DNA of 64,000 bases, taken from the NCBI GenBank assembly GCA_951406725.2, contig OX597825.1, positions 124,001 through 188,000 on the forward strand. Direction: 5' to 3'. Below the pieces are notes generated by a model. That model saw only the letters and a program-made list of their open reading frames with translations. It was not told the origin of the DNA and made no database searches. The stretch comes from Octopus vulgaris. Its lineage: Eukaryota. Positions 49,351 through 62,336 of the stretch are shown here, piece by piece; the first letter of the stretch is position 1; the number at the start of each line of letters is the position of its first letter. The translations under genes were made by a program, and so were the position numbers.

Positions 49351-51788
49351 GGGATTGGCAAATAGAAATCAACAGAATAAGTACTTGTCTGAAATATGTA
49401 CTGAGGGTTGATATGATTAAAAGTTTTATAGGTAGTGTTCCAGCATGGCCACAGGCCAATGGCTGAAACCAGGAAAAAATAAAAGAATAAACAGTTGAAG
49501 AAATGGGTAGAGATTCTGGTGCTAAATGTGAAAAATTCCAAAATTATTTTATTACACTAGTGTGTAAGCTGAATGTTTAATGTAAATTTACGGAAGATTA
49601 AAAATAGATTATATTAAGTTTTAAAAAATCTTTTTTTTTTCTGTAATGCCAGAGTTTGGGAATGTCTGTAATGTTGCTTAGTCCCAGGTGATCCGTGATC
49701 AAGTTGGTCGGCTATTGCATCTAGCAGATCGAACAACTATGTAAAGGCTTTGTCTTTATCATATGTTTTTATGGGACAGGATTGAGGGGAGAGTTATAGT
49801 GCTACTAAGAACAATGACACATGCAAACGCATGGGCATATAAGGATACACATCATGAAAGAACTGAATGGACTGAGCAGAGCAAGAGCACACATAAGGAT
49901 GGAAAGTGTCACTGAAGAGATCACAGATGTGTAATGAAAGATTTCTGGACAATAGACATGAGCTAAAATAAAAACAGTAATAAACAAGTGGAGAACAAAT
50001 ATAGAGTGCGTGTGTTTATTTGGCATAAAAACATTTTTTTTTTTAATTACCATCATGAAATATAACAATATACACTATTTTGGTTTCTTTTCTCTTTTCC
50101 TTTCTTTTTACTTTTCTTATCTTGTGCTGGCATAGATGGAATGAAATTTTGTGCATTTTTATTTTTGCAAAATGATACAATTTCTATTGCTGTCGAATCT
50201 GAAGAGATTTTTGATTGAGTCTACCTATCATTTATGCATGTACATATAAAATAGTTTGATTCAGCTCCACAATACTTAGAGTTTCATGGATCTAGAATAT
50301 ATACTCACCATCAGATGTGCATGCATGTAATGCACATAGATATGGCAGAGTGGTTAAGAAGTTTGTTTTGTAACTATGCAGTTTCTAATTCAATCCCACT
50401 GCACGTTGCCTTGGGCAAGTGTCTTCTACTATAGCTTTGGGTTGTCCAAAGCCTTATGTATGTTTTAACCATTACATTTTTGCATCTACTCTCAGCTAGG
50501 TTAATGTCTGTAGCAAAATTTGAACTTGTGGTCTTGTCTGTAATTCAGAAATACAGAAGGGGAAAGAAAAACAAACAAAAAAAAACAATCTAGAGATAGA
50601 GGAGACGAGTGGTAGTTATGATGGCAAAGAAATCAGTTAATATTACAGTAATAAAACAAAATGTGTGGCAACATTAGGGAAGTTTGGGAATGTAAGCCAA
50701 TAGTGAAAAGAGAAGGAGGAAATGGCCAGATGTAATGTAGAAGGAAGAGGAAATGTTTAGATATTAAGAAGGTAATAGGTCAATTGGTCTAAGTAACAAA
50801 ATATTAAAAACAGAGGCATGCCACAGATAGGAAAGGTTAGAAGTATCTGTACATATATGTAAACAAATACATATACAGATTATATTTTTTCATACAATCT
50901 TTTAGTGTCTATGAAGAGAGTGTATAATAGGTAGTTATTTTCAATTGTGTGCTTAATTCAGTGTAAATTAAACACACACATGCAAACACAGAGTGTTGGA
51001 TGTTGTAAGATTTACTCTAAAGTACAAAATAGAAACACTGCTTAATTTATCGGTAATTTATACAGATATATAAATACACATATACAAACAAATATGCATT
51101 AAGACATGTACATGTAATATAGGAGTTGAGTGAAAAAGGAGAAAAACAATGTACAGCTGAGGAAGTGGAAAGTTCTGGCTGGTCAACTCATCATCATCAT
51201 CATAATTTAATGCCTCATTGCTGGCATGAGTTGGATAGTTTGACAGAATCCAATGACCTGGAGGACTGTTGATCTCCTATGTCTGTTTTGATATGGTTTC
51301 TGTGGCTGGATACCCTTTCTAATGCAAGGGTATCTAGCCATACAAAGTATGTTGGGTGTTTTTTTCATGACACTGGCATTAGTGAGGTTGCCAAGTAACT
51401 TGCAAGACAATGAAAAGATACTTGACTGAGTAGGGTTGTAGTAAAGACACTCACTAAAGAGAACAAAAATAGAATTATTTTAATTATGTGACTGTCTTCA
51501 AGTAGGCTTTTGTGTTTGGAAATAAAGCTATTCATTTCATGAGTTAAATTTCTAATCCTTGCCTTCAGCCATTTTCATTTCACTTGTACTACCAATTTCA
51601 GCATTAAAAGCACGAATGTCTTGCAGTCTTATTTCTATTCTCTTATAAATCCAAAACATTGTCCTCCTGCAAAGAATCATTGATTTTAGGAAGGTGTATT
51701 AGTGAAATAGAACAAATTTCTCAAATGGTATCAGTGTAGCCATGGTAATGCTATTCATCTTTATCATCTGTCTTTTGAGGGTTTTATC

Positions 51789-52245
51789 CATCATCATCAT
51801 CATCATTTAACGTCCGCTTTCCATGCTAGCATGGGTTGGACGATTTTGACTGAGGGCTGGCGAGCCAGATGGCTGCACCAGGCTCCAATCTTGATCTGGC
51901 AGAGTTTCAACAGCTGGATGCCCTTCCTAACGCCAACCACTCCGAGAGTGTAGTGGGTGCTTTTTACGTGTCACCGGCATGGGGGCCAGTCAGGCAGCAC
52001 TGGCAACAACCTCACTCGAATCTTTTTACACGTGTCAGTGAAGCGACGTTGGTAACGAGCATGCTCGAATGGTGCCCTTTTACATGTCACGGGTACAGAA
52101 GCCAGTTGGCTGTTCTGGCAACAATCACACTCGGATGGTGCTCTTGACACTCTACTAGCACAGGCATAAGTGCCAGTAAGGTGACGCTGGTAACGATCAT
52201 ACTCGAATAGCTGCTCTGTCAACGATCACACTTGTATGGTGCTCA
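51789..52245 (-). mobile_element. RTE LINE 3' UTR fragment
   Basis: Shared terminus and monomer array. Confidence 0.8.
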
Positions 52246-52582
52246 TATTCAATAAATCCATATTTTATAAATCCTTAATATTTTACTAATCCAGATCAGT
52301 GGATGGCAGAATTGGTAGAGCAATGAACTAAATGTGCTTAGTATTTATCGATATATCCTTTTACATTGAGGGTCAATATTATATCCTTCTTTCCAAATTT
52401 GTGACTTTGTGCCCTTGTCAGATATCAATATTGTTATTTTAATATTCCTTCAGACAGTACCAAATAAGTATTGAGAATCAATTAATTATAATCATTGAAT
52501 TAATCAACGATAGTTAGTGAACACAAACTGTAATTACTATACTTTAGTTATTCTATTAACTCAACTCATTTGTTCTTTGCAG

Positions 52583-52663
52583 TAAGCAACATTGATGTCA
52601 GCTGCAAATTTCCAAGGAGAGTCATTTATCCATTTGCATTTCGGACCCATGCACACAATCTTG
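52583..52663 (+). CDS. PAM: PAM/PHM coding exon 8 (CuM H-x-H)
   Basis: ttgcAG|(L)SNIDVSCKFPRRVIYPFAFRTHAHNL. FAFRTHAH matches rat FAYRVHTH (R240, H242, H244). The donor is probably non-canonical G|GCAAGT; an alternative exon end is 52667. Confidence 0.92.
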
Positions 52664-53477
52664 GCAAGTAGACATTTTACAGTCTTTTCTTATTAAAGCA
52701 AACAAAATGAAATAAAGAGTTTGTAAGGGTTTTTATTCAGATATTTCAGTAAAAGAATAAATGTTTTGTGAATTCTTCAGTAGTGTTTCTTTACCATTTT
52801 ACTATATTTCTCTCCTCTTTCAGATCATCATCCAGATTCCACCTGTCGCACACATACACATACAATAAGAAAAAATATTCTCATTCACAACTAAATTTGT
52901 TGCATTACATTAACAGCTTTATATTTATTTCACATTAACACCATCGTAATTAGAATCATTCAAATCCCCTTCCCCACTAGGATCCTGCATTTTCCCTCAG
53001 GAAGGAAATTGAGATTATTAAGGAATTGTAGTTGTAGATGAATGGGTTACTGTCTTTAAATCTTCAACAAATTTAGTTTGTCTAGATAAAAATCTAGATG
53101 TTTCCATTAATCATTTTACCCTTCCATATGTAAGCTATTCAACTGATTTTGAGAGAAAGCAAAACTTTGAAAAGTTTTAGGGAAATGGTTTAATTTGTTG
53201 CAATAAATATTGTGTTTTGTAAGATTGCATTAAGAGTTTTTACATAAAATCATGATGGCAGGTTTTAATTGAAATATTGAAAACTTTAAAACTTATGATT
53301 TTGTATAATTAGACTAATGGCAGTCTAATAGACTAATAGGTTGGTTGGTTTGAAAAGGTTCAACTCTTTTCTAACCATATTTCTATTGAAATGTTCTGTG
53401 TCTCAGTTAATTATGAAATAATCAAGAATTATGAAGGTTTTAATAAAAATACTGGATATTTTTAATGTAAATGACAT

Positions 53478-53850
53478 AGGCGCAGGAGTGGCTGTGTGGT
53501 AAGTGGCTTGCTTACCGACCATATGGTTCCGGGTTCAGTCCCACTGTGTGGCACCTTGGGCAAGTGTCTTCTACTATAGCCTTGAGTCGACCAAAGCCTT
53601 GTGAGTGGATTTGGTAGATGGAAACTGAAAGAAACCCGTTGTATATATGTATATGTATATATAGGTGTGTGTTTGTCCCCTCAACATCACTTGACAACCG
53701 ATGCTGGTGTGTTTATGTCCCTGTAACTTAGCGGTTTGGCAAATAGAATAAGTATTAGGCTTACAAAGAATAAGTCCTGGGGTCGATTTGCTCGACTAAA
53801 GGCAGTGCTCTAGCATGGCCGCAGTCAAATGGCTGAAACAAGTGAAAGAG
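53478..53850 (+). mobile_element. SINE family B, full-length
   Basis: A-box-like TGGCTGTGTGG, B-box-like GGTTCAGTCCC, core CCTTGGGCAAGTGTCTT, internal (TA/TG)n and 3' end. Confidence 0.85.
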
Positions 53851-54119
53851 TTTTAAAACTGGTGGATTTGGACATTGTAGCAAAGACTAGTTTTAAGCTT
53901 AAAATTTCAGTAATGTTAAACTGCGAAAAGATGAATTTCTCTGAATCTCTTAAAATGAAAACTTCTTTTGAAGATGGATTACAAATGAACCAAACACAAT
54001 AGTAATTTAATATTCAATAACTCTTTTTTTTGGTTTTTAATAAGACATGAGTGCAGGTATAGGTGTTATTAAGCAGTTCATTTCACAACTATGTGGTTGT
54101 GGGTTCAATCTGATTGCGT

Positions 54120-54345
54120 GAGCTGGCAGAAATGTTAGCACGCCGGGTGAAATGCGTAGCCGTATTTCGTCTGCCGTTACGTTCTGAGTTCAAATTCCAC
54201 CAAGGTTGGCTTTGCCTTTCATCCTTTCGAGGTCGATAAATTAAGTACCAGTTACACACTGGGGTCGATATAATCGACTAAATCCATTTGTCTGTCCTTG
54301 TTTGTTCCCTCTGTGTTTAGCTCCTTGTGGGTAGTAAAGAAATAT
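54120..54345 (+). mobile_element. SINE family A
   Basis: GAGCTGGCAGAAATGTTAGCACGCCGGG...GAGTTCAAATTCC...GTAAAGAAATA. Confidence 0.85.
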
Positions 54346-54560
54346 ACTTTATCCTTGGATTAACCAAAACCTTGCGAGTGAAATTTGATAATTGGCAACT
54401 AAATAAAAGAAGCACACGCACACACACATGTTCATGTGTGTGTGTGTGTGTGTATATGTATTGGTGAGGGTGACAAAATTGGTGCATCAAACAAATCTCT
54501 TGTTGTTTTGTCCATACAAGTTATGTCCTTTATGGCACAGTTAGCTTTGTTTTTTTAGTA

Positions 54561-55060
54561 CATCATCATCATCGTTTAACGTCCGCTTTCCATGCTAGCA
54601 TGGGTTGGACGATTTTGACTGAGGGCTGGAGAACCAGATGGCCACATCAGGCTCCAATCTTGATCTGGCAGAGTTTCTACAGCTGGATGCCCTTCCTAAC
54701 GCCAACCACTCCGAGAGTGTAGTGGGTGGTTTTTACGTGCCAGCAGCATGGGGGCCAGTCAGACGATACTGGCAATGATCTCGCTCGAATCTTTTTACAC
54801 ATGCCACCAGCACAGGTGCCAGTAAGGCGACATTGGTAACGATCATGCTCGAATGGTGCCCTTTTACATGCCACCGGCATGGAAGCCAGTTGGCTGCTCT
54901 GGAAATGATCATGCTCGGATGGTGCTCTTGGCACCCTACTAGCACGGGCACAAGTGCCAGTAAGGCGATGCTGGTAACGATCACACTCGAATGGCGCCCT
55001 TTTATGTGCCACCGGCACGGAAGCCGGTTAGCCGCTCTGTCAACGATCACACTCGTATGG
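54561..55060 (-). mobile_element. RTE LINE 3' UTR fragment
   Basis: Shared terminus and monomer array. Confidence 0.85.
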
Positions 55061-55699
55061 TTAGAGACAAAGCAACTAAAACCTTTTAAGACAACTGTTC
55101 CAGCATGGTCGCAGTTCATGGACTGAAGCCAGTAAAAGTATATTAAATCAATAATATTGATGCTTGTCTGTCCTTTTAACCTCTTGATATCAACCAATCT
55201 GATACTGCCTTTAGTTTTGTGTTTCAATCTTCCAATTTTACATTGGTCGAAATTACAATCTTTCCTCAGAATTTCTGTTTGATTTGTGTTCTAAGCATCA
55301 GCTTAGCCCTTTTTTTACTCTAACTGTGCTAAAATATTCTGCCTTTATTCCATCATCAGCCTTGAGGCAACCTCCTCCTCCCTATTGCTGTGCAAGCACT
55401 CACCTTCTCAGTTAAATTACAACTTGGCTTTCTTGTGCCATGTAGGAACATGTTTACTAACTTTGAAGATCCAACCAAGATGTTTTTGCAAGCAACACTT
55501 CTGCAAATAAAGCTGCAAACTTTGTTGCCAATTTCTTCCCAATCTGACACTGGGCATGTACAAACATTTCCAAGCAGTTCTATATTTAAGAGATGAATTA
55601 TGTACATTATTTACATTCGACCGATATTTGTCCTCATCTTGTTTGTTGTTAACACAACGTTTAATGTTGTTGAACACAACATTTAACGTTGACAAACAT

Positions 55700-55890
55700 C
55701 GCAAAGCTGTGCACAAGGAGATATTGATAAATCGGGTATAGCTGATCATGTAAGGGAAAATGGAAACCACCTCCCCCTGTGGGATGAAGTGAAAATAATA
55801 GACAGAGAACACCACTGGAAAATGCGAAAACTGAAAGAAGCAGCGCATATGCTAGGACACAACAACCTCCCAAGCAGACCGAGTGCAGAT
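55700..55890 (+). mobile_element. Penelope-like GIY-YIG C-terminal fragment
   Basis: Translates as KSGIADH(V)*GENGNHLPLWDEVKIIDREHHWKMRKLKEAAHM, resembling the end of a PLE endonuclease. Confidence 0.6.
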
Positions 55891-56034
55891 AAAATAACTT
55901 TGTGATTATCAATGGAATCCAGGGGTAGTCTCGGGTAGGTTAGTATCAAAAGTGTTAATAATGACAATTATTTTACTAAATTTGTCATTATTCTCCAAAT
56001 CAATTAAAATAAAGGCAGCGTATCTCATTAGAAA

Positions 56035-56385
56035 TACCATCTGTCTAACACCCGTGTACATGTTTACAAAGTCAGAAAACAGCACAGCTCCCATGACTTT
56101 CGGAAACATGTTTTCACACTAAGAGTTGCTGAAGCATGGAACAAACTGCCGGCATCAGTTGGTAGTTGTCGGACCACTGCATCCTTCAAAACTTCCATGA
56201 TTCCTGAGATTCGCCAACACTACACCTGATTTTCTCCCCTCCATACACACGCAAGAATGTATCTGACTCATACACTGTTCCCTTTCCAGACATTTGTACA
56301 TTACTGCATATTCTTTATACGCACTTTTGACAAGTTGTGATGCACCTGAGCACTATATACAATAATTTCATTATTATTATTATAA
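56035..56385 (+). mobile_element. CR1-clade LINE 3' fragment
   Basis: Same 3' end and (ATT)n tail, about 45 bp upstream of exon 9. Confidence 0.88.
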
Positions 56386-56429
56386 TGAAAGGGTTCATAG
56401 TAAAATTGACATCTTTTTCACTGTTTCAG

Positions 56430-56503
56430 CAAGAGTGGTAAGTGCTTATAAGTTCAATGGCAGCTGGACATTGATCGGGAAAAGTAATCCACATTGGCCT
56501 CAA
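56430..56503 (+). CDS. PAM: PAM/PHM coding exon 9
   Basis: tttcAG|(A)RVVSAYKFNGSWTLIGKSNPHWPQ|GTAAGT. Matches rat VVSGY...WTLIGRQNPQLPQ. Ends in phase 0. Confidence 0.94.
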
Positions 56504-56861
56504 GTAAGTCTAATTCTTCTTTTAACTCTTTCATTATTACCAAGGAAAAGTGTTTTTATAGAAACCTCAAAATAACTTCTGAATTCATGTTTATATTTGA
56601 TATGCATGTGTTGGTAATGGGACGAAATGCTTGCTATCAATGCTGTAAAATGGTTCAAGATAGGAAAGATATTCATTCATAAAATATAAACCTTCTTCTG
56701 CAGCCCCTCCCCTCCTAAAACATGACATTCACCTCCACTGATTGTTAATTTGGTGTGTGTATGTGTGTTTATTAGATGACAAAAGTGATGCAGTACTGGA
56801 AAATATCCTTCTGACCCCGTTGCCATCATTGAAAAAAAAAATATATATATATATAATTAAT

Positions 56862-57133
56862 ATAAGCAACAAGGATATCCAAGGTAGTGTAGTACAATCA
56901 TTTCATGTTACTTCATTTTATTAAACAATGTAAGTTTTACATCAATTTTAAAATGTAGAGCAATCTTCGGCCACATAGAATTTTTTTAATTAAATAGACA
57001 ATGCACATTTTTATTCTATATGTGGCTGGAGATTGCTCTAGATTTTAAAATTGATGTAATACTTACATTGTTTAATAAAATGAAGTAGCATGAAACGATT
57101 GTACTACACTACCTTGGATATCCTTGTTGCTTA
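56862..57133. repeat. ~120-bp inverted repeat with a hammerhead-like motif in each arm
   Basis: 56862-56980 is the reverse complement of 57013-57133 with a few mismatches. Confidence 0.85.
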
Positions 57134-57236
57134 TTTTGATTATAATCACCCCATTTGATTTATATGGATAATACCATACCAAATTCTGGTGCCTTTAACT
57201 TAAGTACCATATTCATCTGAATCTATATATATATAT

Positions 57237-57885
57237 CATCATCATCATCATCATCGTTTGTTTTTCATGCTAGCACGGGTTGGACGGTTCAACTGGGGTC
57301 TGGAAATCCAGGAGGCTACACCAGGCTCCAGTCTGATCAGGCAGTGTTTCTACAGCTGGATGCCCTTCCTAATGCCAATCACTCTGAGAGTGTAATGGGT
57401 GCTTGCTATGTGCCAGGGGAGGCTGGCAACGCTCACAATCGATTGGTGCTTTTTACGTGCCACCAGCACGGAAGCCAGTCAAGGCGACGCTGGCATTGGC
57501 CACGTTCAGATGGTGCTTTTTACGTGTCACCGGCACAGGTATCACAACTGCAATTTCCATTTGATTTTTTGATGTTGATGTACTTGACTCAATAAGTCTC
57601 CTCAAGCACAGCAGGCCGCCCTGTGATCCAAGGTACTTTGGATGGGCTGGGGCTTCTATGTGAAGCTCGTGCAGGAAACAGCCATGAACTCACGTTATTT
57701 GTCGGGTTTTTGCAGTCACAGCATATCTCCAGAGGTCTCGGTCTTTTGTCATTGCCTCTGTGAGGCCCAACATTCAAAGGTCATGCTTGACCACCTCATC
57801 CCATGTCTTTCTGGGTCTACCTCTACCCCGGATTCCTTCAACGGTTTGGGACTGGCACTTCTTCACACATCTCTCCTCATCCATC
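57237..57885 (-). mobile_element. 5'-truncated RTE LINE
   Basis: Tail, 3' UTR and RT C-terminus. Confidence 0.85.
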
Positions 57886-58688
57886 CATGTATATATAATA
57901 TATATTTACACAGACATACAAATATATATGACGGACTCTCTCCTGTTGAAGATGATGTACGAGTGTTCAGCTTTTGCCAAATGACCTGCATAAATGTGAG
58001 GTGAAGTGTTTTGCACAAGAACACAATGCATCACCCAGTCTAGGAACTTGGCTGGTAGGTTAACAAGGCTACTGTTGGTTTCATGTTGAGAGAAACCTCT
58101 CACCAATTATCAAGCCTGCTATATGGAATGTTGGTATTTGTCTCCATATTAGATGAGAATACATGAAACTACTTCAGAGTGTACTAGATTTTGGGATAAA
58201 TAAACATACAGATCATGGGAGATAACTTATAAGAAAATCCTAATTGTTACCACTGTAACACTAACTATCATAACACCAACAGTGAACATTTTAAACATTA
58301 GGAAGGAAATCTCCCCCTGCATGCACAAGCAACAATTCATACTCCAAATTTCAAGCCTGACTCCTATTCACCTACCACTCTGCCATCCCTCCACTTTGAT
58401 AAGTTGTTTTCTCTGAACATCAATTATATGCATTATAACAACATTATGCATAAAGGACATATGCCCTCATAAACTTATATTGCAGTCCCTCATTACACAG
58501 ATATATGTGTATTGTACTTAGTTATGGTGCCACATGATTCACAGAATACATACATACACACATACACAAACTTGTGAATCTACAACCCCATGGACCAAGT
58601 TTGGCATAAAAAATATATATATATATATTACAGATATGTACTTGCATAGCAAGTGACCTGATCTGAGATTGTGTGCTGGAACGAAAAC

Positions 58689-59554
58689 GGATCTTTACCT
58701 TTTGACCGGCAGATTTAAAAAATAATTTTTTGCAACTAAACCCTTTCAAACTTCGTATACAGGTAGAATGTATCATATAAAACTTCTTTTACTCTTAGCG
58801 TTTTTGAGAAAAGTTTATATTTATGAAGTTATTTCGTGTTAAAGTTGTTGTATTTTGGTAATTTCAACCAATCAATGACGTGTATTCAGCTGAATAAAAT
58901 TACTGCTGTTGTTTGTCAACAACAGCAGTAATTTTATTCAATTTTATTGTCACTGTAATTTACGACATATTTCATCTCAGTTATGTTCGTATGAATAAAT
59001 GAGTGTATCTGAAGCCTGTTTACTTCATGGCACCATCATAATCGTTTGTGCATTTCTACAGCTTTTAGTTTTTGTTTTCCTGTTTTTCAGCTACTATTTG
59101 TGGAAAGACTTTTTTGCCACTCCTACCCCTCCACTCCTACCTTCATTTTTCATTTTTTTCCGTAACTCTAACCCTAAAACGCCAACCCTAACCCTAAAAC
59201 TTCAATCCTAACCCTAAAACCCTAATCCTAACCCTAAAACCTAAAAGCTAAAACCAGTGCAAATGCACAAACGATATCATAAATAACAGTGACAAATGAA
59301 ATATACACCATCAGAAGTTGTTGTTGACAAACAATGGCAGTAATTTTATTCAGCTGAATACATGTCATTGATTGGTTGAAATTACCGAAATGTGACAACT
59401 TTAACACGAAATAACTTCGTAAATATAAACTTTTCTCAAAACCGCTAAGAGTAAAAGATGTTTCATATGACACATTCTACCAGTGTCCAAAGTGTGAAAG
59501 TGTTTAGTTACAAAAAATTAATTTCTCGATCTGCTGTTCAAAGGGAAAAGATCC
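58689..59554. mobile_element. Merlin-like foldback MITE with long TIRs and internal telomere-like repeats
   Basis: GGATCTTT...AAAAGATCC termini and ~280-bp imperfect inverted arms. Flanks ACGAAAAC and ATGAAAGC. (CCCTAA)-like repeats at 59165-59245. Confidence 0.75.
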
Positions 59555-59772
59555 ATGAAAGCAATTGCAGCGTGGAAGGTGTTTATAAGCCATTAAAGAA
59601 ACACAAAAAAAACCGTTAGATTTGCTTGAACATTTAAATTTAATTTGCCAAAATATTTCCATTGTTTTGAGACCGCAGCCATTTCACTGACAAAATTCCA
59701 TGCTGCATCTGAGAAAGTAACAGTTAGTTCATGATATATATGTACGTATGTATGTACGTACATACGTACGTA

Positions 59773-60228
59773 TCATCATCATCATCGTTTAATGTACGCT
59801 TTCCATGCTAGCATGGATTGGATGGTTTGACTGAGGGCTGGTGAACCAGATGGCTGCACCAGGCTCCAGTCTTGATCTGGCAGAGTTTCTACAGCTGGAT
59901 ACTCTTCCTAACGCCAACCACTCCGAGAGTGTAGTGGGTGCTTTTACGTGCCACTGGCACGGGGGCCAGTCAGGCAGTACTGGCAATGACCTCACTCGAA
60001 TCTTTTTACACATGCCACCGGCACAGGTGCTAGTAAGGCGATGCTGGTAACGATCACGCTCAAGTGGTGCTCTTGGCACCCTACTAGCACGGGCACAAGT
60101 GCCGGTAAGGCGACGCTGGTAACGATTACACTCAAATGGTACCTTTTATGTGCCACAGGCATGGAAGCCAGTTAGCCGTTCTGTCAATGAACACGCTCGT
60201 ATGGAGCTCTTTGCACCCTGCTAGCACG
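59773..60228 (-). mobile_element. RTE LINE 3' UTR fragment
   Basis: Shared terminus and monomer array. Confidence 0.85.
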
Positions 60229-60339
60229 GTTATGTATATATACATATTGTATAAAGGACCATGAGTAAGGCCAAAACAATGCAAGGTAAAGGTAAAAGCA
60301 AGGCAAATCCCAAGAAAACAAATATATGAATTAATGTAG

Positions 60340-61340
60340 GCTTACCTTGCATTCAATATTTCAGGGTTATGACCCCATCCTTAAGAAATTAACGAATGTT
60401 GCAGATGTGTGTGTGTGTGGAGTGGACATGCACGGAAAGTATTTGCTATAGCTACCAGCTAGCCTCTTGTAACTCTCTTCTGCTGTTGATGGTTGGTTTC
60501 CTTTGGTGAATGAGGATGGCCTCGGAGATTCTAAGGTTGCCCCTGTTGCGTTGTGTTGCCCTGATGTGCAATGTGAATTCTTGGGTCTGGCATTTCTACA
60601 GATGTTTCTTCACAGAGGTGTCAGCCTGCATATGTTCTGTTATGCATGCATGCAGTTTTCTTGTACTTCCTATGTGGAACGTGCCACATTTGCCACAGAT
60701 GATCTCGTATACATCATTGGTCCTCTAACACATTTCAGGGTCATTGATGGAGCAGTTTGATAACGTACACTCTTCGGAGTAGTGAAAGGTGTTGTTTGTG
60801 GACAGAGCTTTTCTCAGGGATGGGCCAGTGTGCACTATCTGTATGTTGAGCCCTTCTCTGTGGACTGTGTGTTGTATCGCTGCAGTAATTCTGTTGTCAA
60901 AATGTGGTAGCTTTAGGAAGCATGTGCCAGACTTGGAAGTATGAGGGTTCTTCCAGGGTTTTTTAGGTGCCATTGTTTGGCTAAAGATGGTGGGGAGCTG
61001 TTTAGGGTTAGGTCTCTGAAGAACTGCTTGGTGTCGACAACTTTGTTGGTCACTTCGCTGCAATTGTTGTTTATACACGCAGTCTCGTTTCTCATGTATG
61101 CGGCTTTGGCTCTGGTGGGTAAGGCTGATTGGTAGTGAATGAAAAGTTTTCTGCTAGCGGCTTTTCTGTAGATGTTGGTAAATATGGAACTTTCCTCTGT
61201 GATCCTGAGTTGAAAGTTGAGTAGGGAGAGGGTTCCAGATTTATGTGGATGTTCAATTTCAAATTTGATGTTTATGTCGATGTTATTGAAGGTCCAGTGT
61301 CTGTTAATGGCCTCATCCCTTTGGCCTTCCAAAGTTGTTT
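60340..61340 (-). mobile_element. Penelope-like element remnant (RT C-terminus plus GIY-YIG)
   Basis: FNNIDINIKFEIE...LSLLNFQL...IYRK...FIHYQSALP; LKLPHFD...; DVYEIICGKCGTFHIGST...CITEH. Frameshifted. Confidence 0.85.
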
Positions 61341-62336
61341 TGGTATGTAGGTCAACCTACCTTGCTTGGCTTTAAGTTTTGGTTTGAAAAATTCAACTTG
61401 TATGCAAGAAAATACGGCATTACATAAGACTAATTTTTTAAAAAAATGAATTAAATAAATACAACATAAAAGAGCACCATTCGAGTGTGATCATTACCAG
61501 CGTCGCCTTACTGGCACTTGTGCCCGTGCTAGTAGGGTGCCAAGAGCACCATCCGAGTGTAATCATTGCCAGAGTAGCCAACTGGCTCAGTGCCAGTGGC
61601 ACGTAAAAGGGCACCATTCGAGTGTGATCGTTACCAACGTCGCCTTACTGGCACCTGTGCTGGTGGCATGTGTGAAAAGATTCGAAAGCGGACGTTCAAT
61701 GATGATGATCATGAACAGTTTAATTTTTTTTTTAACTGCAATATAGTTTTCTGAATACCAGTGACTAGGATTTCACAGAAAAATAATTCATTAATCTAGC
61801 TTATAATTACTTTTAGCAAATTCTTGAAATGAAACCATGTCTAGTAAGAGCTCCTAGAAAGAATCCATTTTTTAATTATACATAATTAATTATACATAAA
61901 TTGGGTGTATAATATTGGTTATTGGTTATACATTGTTTGTTATAAGCCTCCTCTGGAATATAATTAGCAAGTTACTCCTTATAACTCTTATTCATTGTCC
62001 AGTGTATTGTCTTATATGGTTTATACATAGATTATTTCTTGTAATCGGATGAAATTTTTTGTGTGTATGCGTGAAAGAAATAGAGAAAGGAGGAAAGTGT
62101 GTACAGGTAAATGTTGCTTTTTAATGGTCTTATTCGTTATCTCCTGCTGAACCAGGTGCAGTATTTGCTAATGATTTGCTAAATGATTCACTACTTAGCA
62201 ACCTAGTGCCAATATTTTTTGGATTTTAACACACTTTTATCTTGTTGCCAAGAGATGGATTATTTCAATGTAAACACAAACACAATGTCTTGATTCTGTT
62301 TCAGTCAGCTAAAAACTGTCATTTATTATTTTACAG

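Noticed and set aside
53478-53550. Possible tRNA gene
   Set aside because: The A/B-box-like head runs into a SINE body found in several copies, and no complete cloverleaf is evident.
59165-59245. Chromosome end or fusion site
   Set aside because: The repeats are short, degenerate and enclosed by MITE arms within an intron.
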